Shown: piece after piece, positions 11,468 to 23,080 of the stretch
How the letters are laid out: each line of letters opens with the position of its first letter
How positions within the stretch are numbered: the first letter of the stretch is position 1
Assembly (NCBI GenBank): GCA_051942245.1
Contig: JAVECL010000262.1
Span: 1-32,373 of the forward strand
Source of the DNA: Trypethelium eluteriae
Lineage: Eukaryota
Length of the DNA stretch: 32,373 nucleotides
Direction of reading: 5' to 3'
Translations under genes and position numbers: made by a program
The notes under the pieces: generated by a model
Databases searched by the model: none
What the model saw: the letters and a program-made list of their open reading frames with translations, nothing else
What the model was told of the DNA's origin: nothing

Positions 11468-13768
11468 ATGCTATGTGATGTCTGCCTCAACGGCCTTGAA
11501 GGCATGTGGGATCCTACTCTCACACCCCGTCTCGCGTTGAAATCCGACTTCAAGCATGACGTCTCATCCGTACCATTGAAAACTCACGAAAGCACAAGAT
11601 CAGGTAAAAGTTTCAATTATCTCTGTACACCCGAATGACTACTTAATTCCTTGATCAGAAAACCTGCAAGAGAAGCTAGAAATAGAAGATTACATCTATG
11701 CACATCACAAGACCAAGTCAAGTTTCTTGTCAAGCATGAGATTAGGGTGCGTAATGTGCAATCGATTCAATCCCAACGAAGTACAGCCGGTCAACCCTCG
11801 CATTGAGAGCACGGGATATTTTTCGGTCTTTTCAGTCTCTGGCTTGAAGGAAGGCCGACCTATTATGCATGTCAGATATCTAGATTCGGTTGGTGGGTTC
11901 AGCCTAGTGCCGGTCGGCGGTAAGGTCATTTCTCGTCGAGGTCCTTCTTCTCAAATAGCAGTACTCTCCGCGCTTCTGCTCTGTCAGACTGGAGGGTGAG
12001 GCGATGGGCGAAAGTCCCCCGTTCAGAACGTTTGACTAATGCATGGCACGTAGATTCCGATGTCGATAGCTTTCTAAACTTTCGGATTTCACCATCAACT
12101 GGGGATTCAACGACTTGGGCTATGGTCGAGAATTGGTTACACGAATGTATTCGAACACACGAGCATTGCAAGAGCGCCTCATCTCAATATCTTCCAAATC
12201 GGCTCCTCGCAATCAACGGAGCATCTTTCCAACTCGTCTCTAGCGATAGTATTCCGTCGTCTGAACGATATATTACTCTAAGCCATCACTGGGGGGAGGT
12301 ATCAACCGCACAAGACACCATATTGCTTCAGACAACGTACGACCATCTGCGTACCGATCATGCTATATCAAGCTTACCCAAAACCTTTCGTGATGCAATG
12401 GCCATTTCCTCGAAACTCGGCATCAAATATCTCTGGATCGACAAGCTCTGCATTTATCAAGACTCACTCGAAGACTGGCGTAGAGAAGTAGGAATGATGC
12501 AAGATATTTACAAGAACGCCTTCCTGAATATTTCGGCGCTGGGTGCAAGAGACGAAGGAGAAGGATGCTTCTTTGATCGAGATCCGAGAGATATCGCGCC
12601 TACCATTGTTAAGCTTCGGCAGACGTCTAGTTCAGAGCCTAAGGACTTCCGATTCGCTTTGGAGAAAGGCTGGGCTTGGCGCTTAAGCTTTGATAATGAG
12701 CCTATTGTGAGAAGAGGATGGGTGGTTCAGGAACGCCTACTCTCTCCTCGCGTCCTTCACTTTGGCCGCAAACAAATATTCTGGGAGTGCCGAGAGAAGA
12801 ATGCATGTGAGATTCACCCCGACACAGTCTATTGCTACAAAGATAGCAACAAGGATCGTGTAAACACTGAGAGGAGGCCAGAAACCCCCCGGAGACCGCA
12901 TCTATGGAAACAGCTTTTGGATGCTCCTGATAGAAGAGTAATTACTGATTATACCAGTAACGGAGAATATGAGCAACTCTTTCTCGACTGGAACGCGATA
13001 ATTCACACGTATGCGAAGTGCAACCTTACAATACCATCCGACAAATTAGTAGCTTTATCCGGCCTTGCAAACGATATGAAGCGGACGCTTAGCTCTTTGA
13101 GGCCAGACCACATGCACCGCTACCTTGCAGGGCTTTGGGAAGAGAAGTTGGTTGATCAATTGGTATGGAATGTGCTAGGCCCGGCAAAGAGGGTCAAGGA
13201 ATACAGAGCGCCGAGCTGGAGCTGGGCAAGCGTCGATGGGAGCTGTAATCTAGGACTTGGGCTTGTAGAGAAGGAGCACAAGGTTGATTTTGTGGAGATC
13301 AAGGAAGCAAAGACAGAAATCTTTGAGGGGTTGGAAACCGGAGAAGTGAAGGGTGGCTGGGTGAGGCTTGTAGGTCCCTGGCTACAACTGAAACTTCTTC
13401 CGCAAAACGAAACAGCTCACTGGCCGCATGAAAATGGGCGCTGGGTTGAGCTATTTCGAAATGTAGATACGGGTGATGAACTGAAGGAAGAAGGTGAGGC
13501 GCTCTCAACAGGGCAGCGGCTGCCTATGGCCATGGTGCTGTTCGATGATCCAGTTGATTTAGTCGATGAAGTATTTGGCGTGCAAATTCAGGCTAAAGTC
13601 TGGTCTGAAGGTGCCTACTCCAGTTCAGCGCTGGCTCTTTCCAAGGTTGATGGAGTATCGGGGGAGCAGTGGAGAAGAGTTGGGCTACTCTTGTCTTATT
13701 TTGCGAGTCGCGATAAGGCTACGTCTTTTTTTGAGAAGTTCCCACGCAAGGAGGCCATGGTCATATAA
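11468..13768 (+). CDS. Heterokaryon incompatibility (HET) domain protein, apparently intact
   Basis: Exons 11468-11603, 11659-11919, 12054-13768, frame-consistent. N-terminal MLCDVC and GCVMC. HET motifs: YITLSHHWG, LPKTFRDAM, KYLWIDKLCIYQDS, MQDIYKNA, RRGWVVQERLLSPR; also YLAGLW and RAPSWSWAS. Confidence 0.9.
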
Positions 13769-13973
13769 AAGAAGAGTTGAATCAGGTCATGAATCTATTC
13801 TATCAGAAGGCGTTACCTTGCATATATTCTTGGTGAGAAACCCAAGACAGACGAACATATCTACAGGATCAAGCCGCCATATGTCGGAACTAAGAGCAGT
13901 ACGTCAATGCTATCACTTGCATTGGATTGTGGTTCGGGTAGCTCGAGATGAATCAAGTGTCAGCATGGTATTT

Positions 13974-15197
13974 TCAGTTACTTACTAAAATGCCGCCTTT
14001 CCTTACGGCTTCTGTAGCAAAATCTTCATAGTCCATATTCGCAATATCAATTTTCACAATGGTCGTCAGTACAGATGGCCATTGATTTCTCAACAGGCCC
14101 AGGAATGATGGACGGTTGACTACGGGATTTGTCACAAGAAATGGCGGGCGACGGGTTCCTCGATTGACAACCAACAAACAAGTTGAACAATCAGCAGCAG
14201 TGACATCGTCCAGAACAATGAAGCTATTCCAGTGAATCGCATGGCCTGGGAAGTTTCTCAGAACGAAATTGTTTATTTCTTGGGCCGATGCTCCGAGAAA
14301 GGGAGATTCTGGAACAGATTCAAGAGGTTCGTCCGGACTCATGCTCCTCAAATTTTCGATCGAAACAGTGCTTATGACAGCGGGCTTGACGTCTCCTCTG
14401 GCAAACTCCCAATTTCCAAAGCTTCCGATGAAATCGTTGAGTGTCTTCACAATTAGTATTATTGCCGATAGAAAAGCATTGAGCACTGACCTCAAGCGAT
14501 ATCTCTCCTGTAAGAAAAACTGGCAAAAGGAGACCACCGGGGCCACAATGGTCGAAAGCTTCTTTTTCACGAGGATCTTTCTTTCTTTGCTGTAATGTTT
14601 TGATCTTATCATTGAGTGGCTGGGAAGATTTTTGTACCAGGCATTACTTGTAGCGGCCCCACAGATAGTACTGCGTTCTCATTGCGAAAGATTTGAATTG
14701 CTCCTATGGTATCCTCGCTTTCATGTACCATCACAGAAGCGGATAAAGCCACGCCAAAATCCACACGAACATCGGCTTGACAAGGTCCTTTGAGCCGACA
14801 AATTTGGCCATCCTCCACTGTCAGATCATCTGATTCAATGCAAACATTCCGGATCAATCGAGGCTGGGCTGGGAATTCGAGCAGATTTCGAGCACGCCAT
14901 AGCAGAGGCTGCTCTGGTCTATATGGTGCCAAGGCTTCCCAGTCAATATGTCTGAAGCTGTCAATTGGAGGTTTAGAGGGCGTAGCCAAAAGAGCTCCCT
15001 CTTCGTTGTCTACTATCCGGAAAGAGTACTTCTTCGCATTGTCGGACGACCCCACATAAGCTTCAGTGAGAAACTCGTTCAGAATCTAGCACAATACTAG
15101 ACCTATTGTGTTTTAAATCTGGCTGACTTGTACTTGCTGCAGTGCTAATATTCTGTTCGCAATAAAGCGGTATGAGATCTTGTCCTTCGTCAAACAT
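13974..15197 (-). CDS. Hypothetical protein with two related modules; C-terminal module DUF6924-like
   Basis: Exons 15197-15138, 15085-14648, 14604-14491, 14444-13974 splice in frame if intron 1 is GC-AG (gcaagt donor). The C-terminus has SPFLG, FIVLDDVT..D.STCLLV and IDIANMDYEDF. The DUF assignment is from memory of the motif and is tentative. Confidence 0.6.
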
Positions 15198-16902
15198 GGT
15201 AATCCAATCCAGAAGAGCAAGGACTATGTTTGGTCATCACTGATTAGCTATATCGGCATTCAGCCACATTTTAAGTTCCTCGCTCCCCTCTCAGCCAGCT
15301 GTCAATGTGCTGATTGTGGGAAGGGAGCAGCGCTGTGCCTCCTACACTGCTGAACGCACCAGGCAGTGTAGCAGATTTGGCAGTCGGCAAAATAAACCTA
15401 GGCTATACTCTATGAAGTTAGAGTATCGTAGTCTCAGATTTCAGCCTCAGCTTCACCACCTGGCCAGCTACATCATCGTCGTCATCAATCGACATTTGTC
15501 TCGAATGCTGATACACTTTTTTTTCTTCGTGTGTACGGAGTACAGTATTCTTTATCGCTCAACAAAATCACAGATTTCGGAGAACCTAGATCGTTGGACG
15601 AAAACAGTGCAGCGACGTGTTAGACGCCATGGAGGGTTGGAAGCTACTCACCTACGATACCTACGATACCTGGTAAGTGAAGCTAAGCTACGGTATCCGC
15701 GCACTGTGCCGGATGCGCACTCTAGTCATGAGTATCGTGGGAATTTCCGCAACCGCGCACACTAGTACGCTTGAAATAATTCTCCGCCGCGAATGGATGG
15801 GCAACGATCAAGGTAACTTTGTGTAAGATCAAGTCAAGGCTCTATACAGGCCAATTCTTCAAGCTGCAAATAGGGATATATCTACATCAGAATGGTAGGA
15901 GGAACGGGTGTACAGCTGGAACAAGATGGACACCTATGTTTACAGCTGTATGTTTTATAGCTACCGTTAGGGTATTAGCCTCTGAAATAATAACGATAAT
16001 AACGATAAAAAAAAGTGAGCATGGAATGTTCTAGGACAGATCTGGTACTGGGACACATTTTCCTGAGACGGAAGATTTCCCGGGATAAGTACTGCTGGGA
16101 CAATCATATTTCTGGGACAAGAGAGAGAGGGAGAGAGATTTCATTGGCTGGCCTAGCTTTCCTAGTGCCAGCTATGCAGCGTACAGCTATAAATACAAGT
16201 CATCCCTCATCTGGACTCGGGAGTTCAAGCCGCTCTCTTCCCAGGAACTGCTTTCCCATCCACTCTAACGTAGGTTGATCTCTATCTATCTATAGCTCTA
16301 ATGGTTGTCCTGTATCTACGCTCTTATCAGACCTTTCCTTGCCCTCCTTAACATCTGTATACCAATATCACTCGGTCACGGTGAAGGACACTGGTGTACT
16401 GTGGACAGCACTGCCCGGAATTGCTCCAGCAGTTCCGTCCTGATCATCGACTTGGCTGCTTGTACTGCCATTATCGAGCTGCAGAGAAAGTGCATGATGC
16501 CCATGCATGGCTGCTTACCTGCCCACATCCGATGCCGTTCCTCCGCCCAATTTTTGCATCCCAAAAGAATATGACGTACCGTTTGGCGGCCGTACCCGTA
16601 TTGTAATTGGTCCGTTTCGGTCTTATTGCGAGTCTCTTCGCTTAGGCTCTTCCTCTGTACGTGACATCAGACAGCGAGCAGCACTTCGAGGGGAAGGAGA
16701 AGAAGACCAAGAATGAAGAGAAGGATCCTAAGGATGAGGCGAAGATATAGAACATGATATGTACCTACCTTATCGTAAGAAAGTAACAAAGCCGCATTTT
16801 CTACTCTCTCAAGATGCTTCAATTACATGCCAAGGACTCAGGGCACAGTCCAGATAAAGCAAGAATAGACTGAACATGTTGGTTATTTCGATGCGATGAT
16901 TT

Positions 16903-18974
16903 TTAAGCAATGAGGAATTCCTCAAGCTCGTACTCTCCTGCATGCAGCTGCTCAATAACTTCATTCATGATCCCCGGTAGGAAGCTATGAGCAGAGACAG
17001 TGAGTTTCCAGTGATATCAGTGATAGGGTTTACTACTAAGCAATCACCCATAAGTGTATAATGATCACCCTGTTTACGAAGTACGGGTGGTACGTTCGCA
17101 CTTGGAAACACGACTATCAAATCTCCCACCTGCATATTGACAGGCCCTCGACCAATGTTACCTGACGATATTTGGTAGAGAGTATAGAATAGTGGAACAA
17201 ATGCCGTGTACTGCGCCTAGGAGTGTCTCAGCTCAATTAGAAAATGTCTACAAAGGTTCGACAAGCTGTTTGTGAGTTGATCTTCTTCTTCGACATTGCG
17301 AGGTGGAATATTAGTCGCTGCCGCAATGCTTTCGTTGATCTTTGGAAAGTTCGTCAGAGTCCATCCTTTTGATTGGAAGATGACTTGATACAGAAGACAA
17401 CTTTGCCAAAACGCCTCGCTCATTGGATTCTGTTGCGTGGAAGAACTTTGAGTACTTTTGAACAAGAGTTTACACTTCATGACCCAATTGCGGAGTGAGT
17501 CATAAAATGGGCGCCCTCCGCGGGTGATAACATCACCTATCAAAGAAGGGGCAATGCTAGTTACACTGTCAACCCTGACCCCTCTCAGTGACAGTATCCT
17601 CCCATTATCTAGGAATCGAGGTTCAAGGACCGAACTCCAATTCAAGCCTGCAGAGAAGCGTAACTCTGAAACGCGCATTCCTGGATTTGCAGCCATTAAA
17701 TGAATAGGAAATGGAAATGGAAGCGAATGATTACTCTCGATGCAAGCTCGTAACCGCACTGCTACAGTATCCTGATAAGTGGGTGAAAATGCCGCTGGCC
17801 TTGACCATACAGGCACCCAGCTTGGAAGTTCATTGTCCACTGTGGGCGCCGTTCCTTGCGAATACTGCGCGAGAGAGAGGAGATCCAAACATTGATCATA
17901 CTCGATGAACGCTCTAGCCGTTTTCAGAAAGACTTGCGATAGTGATAGAGAATAGTCTGGCTGTAGCAATGGACGCTCTTTGGGTAGCTCTGAGCTAGAT
18001 GGCTTGAACCGATTTAGCACCGCATATACTTTGTCCCGAGGATTACTTGTGTCTTGAAAACTTGACACCATGATCAGTGGCATCAAGTGTTGATGTGAAG
18101 GCTCTGACAGAGCAGTATCCATTATGTGCACCGGAGTCAATGCCCGAATGACTGAATAATCCGCGGTGCCGTCTCTTTCCATCACGTCTCGGAGACAGCC
18201 TCCAAAAAAAATCAGGGTCTTGAAGGAAATCTGAAGCCTGCCACAATATGCAACAATATCTCGTGCGAATGCTACCTCCTGCAGTACCCAAAGTCTGGAG
18301 AACCATGGTCGTTGAAACAGGTGCATGACAGGTTGCCTAAGAGAGAGATTCTTTCTCCAAAGCCCGAGAGACTCTTTAAGCAGCTGAGAATGACCGTTTT
18401 CATCTAGTGTCTGGCGATACCATCGATCAAACCACGAGGTCAACTCAAGTGCAAGACGCGAGTCGGTTGATTCTGGTCCAAGCCATACAACAACTTGTCT
18501 CGCAGTGCCATAGACCTTAGCCATTTGCTGCACCTGGGCGCTCTTCTCCGTCAAGTTATCTTGATTAATACATAGTGCGTCGACTCAAAGAACACGATAT
18601 CTTATATTTTCAAATCGGAGATGGCGAAGTGCGATATCTAGACTTTCCTTGACGAGGACAGGAACACCATTTAGTTCTATCTCTGCATATTTCTGGTCGT
18701 CTCCCCAGGTGTAAGATAATGCCTCGAAGTCGAGCCCAGCCTCAAGGCTGACGCGGCCGAGTGTGCATCTGATCTTCTCCTGATACGAAGCGGCAGGCCA
18801 AAGCACAAGGACTCGTATTGGTGACGGCAGGTCCGGCAAAAGCGGGTGGTAAAATTTTTTGTTGGATGATGGAGCTGCTACCAAGCCAGAAAATCCGGAT
18901 CTCGGTTGCATATTTCGTGACTTAATGGAGGGATAGAGTAGTTGTGCGCTCTCAGGACCAGGGTTTGGAAACAT
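16903..18974 (-). pseudogene. HET-6-like heterokaryon incompatibility gene, disabled
   Basis: Motifs: IRVLVL.P, FEALSYTWG, L*VDALCINQ (TGA replaces the conserved W at 18585-18587), RPWFSRLWVLQE, RDKVYA, LPSWVP, GRGP..MQVGDLIVVF..VP.VLR..GDC. Second in-frame stop (TAG) at 17217-17219. The last intron (17040-16985) begins CTTAGT instead of GTTAGT. Terminal exon FLPGIMNE...EEFLIA*. Confidence 0.85.
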
Positions 18975-20469
18975 AAGGTAAGGTACCTAGTTGAGCATGG
19001 GATAGACTATTCCATATCCAGAACATTTTGGATAGCATTGGATAGCATAATTATCTGCAGAGTACCCATATCCGGCTGATTAGGCTCAATATTTGCTCAA
19101 TGCTGATGTCAGGGACCCAGCTAGCTTAGCTAGCCTTGCGCCGGACGCGTAAGTACGGGAACTCCGTACGTTTGAAATCATCCTCCGACGCGAATGAATG
19201 AGCTACAATCAGCTTCAACGAGGCGGTACATCCTTGGCGGCAAATGCCTTGGCACCAACTCCTTCAAATCTTAAATCCAACATCAACAAATTACCGACAC
19301 CACGAAGGATAAGTACACCGCTCTCAAACATGAAGGTTTGTTAAGATGGAGGATACTTGACTGCCTTGAAATTCTGACCGACTGTCGGCGTTTGCTCTTT
19401 CTCTCCATAGAAGCTTCATTCCAATATATTCTTGCTTGTCTGTAAACTTGTTATCTTAGATCTTGACGTCTTCTGCCAAGATTTTGATCTGGAGTATATG
19501 AAGAGGCGGAGAGAGACAGAGCAACCCTCGACACAGTAATTAGCAGCAGCAGGCAGCAATAGTAACTCTACATTGAGCTAAGTCTACGAGGGGAGGGGTG
19601 GATTCCAAAGGCATACTCGCCCGATTCGGCGAAGTTCACGCTTTAATCTACTTTTACGTCGATATTGACTAGCCGAGAGTCTTCCTGAGGGAGAGGATAC
19701 AGGGCTCCCACTTGACAAATTCGAGGGCTTGCATAGATAAGAGTCTCTAACGCGTTGACAACATCAGCAGTCCATGGGGGTTTTAAACCCGATTGTGGCT
19801 TCCCAAACAGAGTGTGTACTACTTAGGTATATACCGTTCTTTCTTTTTATTAACTCGAACGCTTGCAGTATTTTCTCAAGTTACCGTACGCGTTTGATAA
19901 AACAACCACCGATTGCGGCGCTTCTGAGCGTACTAATGACGCTACTGAAAGGTTAATAAAAGAAAAGACATTAATCCCCTTACAAGTTCAGCTATTTTGC
20001 CAAGTAGTAGACATCAATCTTGAAGCAGTGTTTAATACTAGGCTGTTTATTTCGGCCCAGCAGTTCAGTGCGATTACGTCATCTCTAATAATTGTGAAGC
20101 TGTGTGGCGGTAAGCTGTATAGAACAGCTATTAGCTACCATCCGGAGATCGCGGGTGCCAATCCCATAGACCCTTGAGGTAAGTTGCAAGACCCTAGCTA
20201 AAATACCTGCAGCAGCATGGCAAGATTGCGGGGGAGATCGTGGGAAAAGCTGGGTCTTTAGGATCGGATGGATGAGTACTCAAGAACGGAACACAGGAGA
20301 TTAATCAAGAGTCCTAGAGTAGGCTCGTACTGACCATAGACATGCGGAGCCCAAATGCATGTCTCTGTTGCTGAGCATCGCTCGTCGATACGGCGCCTGA
20401 AATGGTCACTAGGTCAATCTTACTGGACGAAAGAACAGAATAAGGAAATGGAAGAAGGAAAAAGAGAAC

Positions 20470-21316
20470 TCAAACTCTGATACCAGCTACCCGTATGAGC
20501 ACCATGATCAACAAAGTGCAAACTGCACCTATGAAAAGACCATCCTTCTCAGCCACGATGCGCTTAGCTTTCATTTCCAGAAAATCCATCCAGGGCGGGC
20601 GCCCTTGGGCTTTTCTCGCATACTTCAATCCGGGCAAACCGTCGAGGCTTGTGAAGTTGTTCTGCCTTTGGTACTCGAGTATTTTGTCATTCTTGACCAT
20701 CTTGCCCGCCCAATAGCCCAACGTAGGCCTGTCTTGATAGGGTGTTGGACATTCTTCAGATCGTGCCACTTCCTCTGGCGTGCCGTTGCCCATGAGAGGG
20801 ACACCGAATCCGCATGATGTTTGTACCTAATCGTCAAAACCGCGTTAGCTTTAGGGTAAGCCTGTATAGGACATGCCTTCACCAAAGGAATTCTAGAAGA
20901 GAATCGGGAGGATCACGTACCTTCCATACATCCAACAGAATCACCGCCCTCGCCCCCGTCAATTCCTTCCCCATCCTCTTCATCCACATATCAAACTCCT
21001 CTCTCGCCGTCCCACTCTCCACTACCCTCCCCTGACAGAACCAGCGCATGATGCGTGGGCTCTTACCAAAGCCGCAGAACATCAATGTTACACGCCCATT
21101 CTCATATATATGACTGATGGTCTCGCATCCCGATCCGGTCGCGTCAACATAGCCGACAAGATTTGGGGAGAGCACCGAGAGAGTGGAGGCAGGTAGACCT
21201 TTGGGAGAGACATTGATGTGGGATCCTGTCAAGGGTGCGGACGCGGTGAAAAAGAGGGGTTGGGCGAGGGCCCAGTCGCGAAGGTCATCGGAGACGGAGG
21301 GATAGTATTGAGGCAT
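20470..21316 (-). CDS. Pyridoxamine 5'-phosphate oxidase family (FMN-binding split barrel) protein with C-terminal TM helix
   Basis: Exons 21316-20921 and 20826-20470. Motifs: FFTASAPLTGSHINVSPKG, YVDATGSGCETISHIYENGRVTLMF, VQTSCGFGVP, SLDGLPGL. Hydrophobic tail. Confidence 0.9.
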
Positions 21317-22707
21317 TGTTGCCGGTGTGAGGATGTTACCTAGAAATTCCGAAGTGGCGTGGAGATGAGTGGGACGGCTGCTGGTGTAAGAGCAATTGTG
21401 GACTTTCGAAGATTCTCGTAGCGGTGCAAGTACAGCGACCGAGATGGCGTACTGGGATGAGGTAGGACCTCATTACCTTTATGTTCTACATGTTTGCACT
21501 TAAGTCTACGGAATATAAGCTCGCGATTCCATGCGTCCGATGGGAGTCACAGGCAACAAAAGATCACGTGCGTGCCCGATGTCGGAGCCCCTCCCAGAGC
21601 CACGAGCACGAGCAAGCGCATTGCGTCGCGATAAATCTTTCATACAACGACCTCTTTAAGCCGTTGGCCTTGGATTTCAATTTCAATGCGAACATTCGCC
21701 ACATTATATGTGAACAAGATGCTTGCGCCCAGCGCTGCCCGTCTCGATATATGTAAATTGCATACCCCATGTCAACGGGTCACTGGAAAATTGCAACCTC
21801 ACAACTTCATGAGAATGATCGAGCTCTTGACGGAACATTCAATGATCACGATCACGAATCAGTTCCCTTAACAAACAGTCCTTACTGCACGAATTTATTA
21901 GTGGAAATCAGGCTCCTCACGGTCAGGTCTTACCGGTTATGCTTGCGGGTCTGCACGGCAGTAGTGTCGGACTTAGCGGTAGTTTGCTTGAGCTCCTTGA
22001 GCAGCCGTAGCTCCAGCTAAAAGCAGAAGTGATCGTGCAGCCTCTACTTTGCTGTACCCGTTTGCTGCATTCGCGCTTGGGCGCCTGATCACGTTTACGT
22101 CTTCAATCTGTCTGTCCAATGGCCGGAATACACGACAGAAATGTTCTACTCTGACGAAGACTCTTCCACAATCATCAGGAATCATGTGAAGCAGCCACAT
22201 GATCAGAATTAGTCTGAAATTAAGATCTAAACTGGATCTCAACGCGTTAAAGCGTCCAGAGCCACTTCCAATGAGAGATTGACAAGAGTATCTACCGGAA
22301 CATAAACAACTCGATCAGACGCCCTGGATCCTGAAGGAAACACCATCTTAAGCCACTCGCATTTCTATCGCTGGTTTCTTTGATAGATCCCGTTCATACT
22401 TTCCGATCATGTACAGGGGACGAGACTATTCGCCAGAAGTTCCTTCGAGCAAGTCAGGTCACGGTCTTGTCGGCAAAGGGAAATCTATGGCTGATGTAAA
22501 ACGGCGCAACAGTGCCACAATTCTAAGTCACTGCGGGCACGATTGCCAAAAGACTGTCCTACAATTTAATCTGCGGGATCAATTTCAAGCATGGACAATG
22601 CCACGATATGGAAATTAGATCTAGATTCATAGGAACTCCGTCTGGGAAACGGGACTCATTATGTTATACCTACCTGGAGAGCGTACCCAGAACCCGAGTA
22701 CATTTAT

Positions 22708-22758
22708 GGCCCGGATATAGATAGGGCCCGGGTATAGACAAGGTCCGGATATAGGTGG
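22708..22758 (+). repeat. 3 x 17-bp tandem repeat containing CCGG, upstream of the O-methyltransferase
   Basis: ggcccggatatagatag / ggcccgggtatagacaa / ggtccggatataggtgg. Confidence 0.75.
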
Positions 22759-22854
22759 CCTTAGTAAGGATGAGCGGAGAGTCTTACCACTGCTCGATAC
22801 TTTTCTTATATAGACTAGGCATTCATACAGGCAAGTGTCCTCCAAAAGGCAAGT

Positions 22855-22860
22855 ATAAAT
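22855..22860 (+). promoter_or_regulatory. Putative TATA box of the O-methyltransferase gene
   Basis: tataaa(t) about 225 bp upstream of ATG 23081. Confidence 0.35.
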
Positions 22861-23080
22861 TCAGCCTGATCTATATACAGAGCATTTGGTATCTTTTCCG
22901 CGTCGTCATCCGCTGATAAGGTCGATAAATTTGCTTTTTCCTCATCAAAGATAAGCCCTGCCTTAAAGCACAAGACCTTGGGTCAGTCTCGAACTTAAAG
23001 CGGTCATCCCAAAGCAAACACAGTTTGTTTGCCAGCCTCTTACTACGAAATTGAATTTCGAAAGTCGCTGCATTCCCAGC

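Noticed and set aside
11985..12030. Possible hammerhead ribozyme in the HET intron (GAAA hairpin)
   Set aside because: The CUGAUGA core is absent.
18585..18587. TGA as selenocysteine, readthrough or an A-to-I editing target in the HET-6-like gene
   Set aside because: Editing could in principle turn TGA or TAG into TGG, but the broken splice donor is not repairable that way. Pseudogenisation is simpler.
19120..19170. Short palindromes and hairpin (gtacgg-gaact-ccgtac) as tRNA or MITE end
   Set aside because: No cloverleaf, no partner terminal repeat and no target-site duplication found.
22708..22758. CRISPR-like array
   Set aside because: Eukaryotic context, the repeats are contiguous without spacers, and there are no cas genes.
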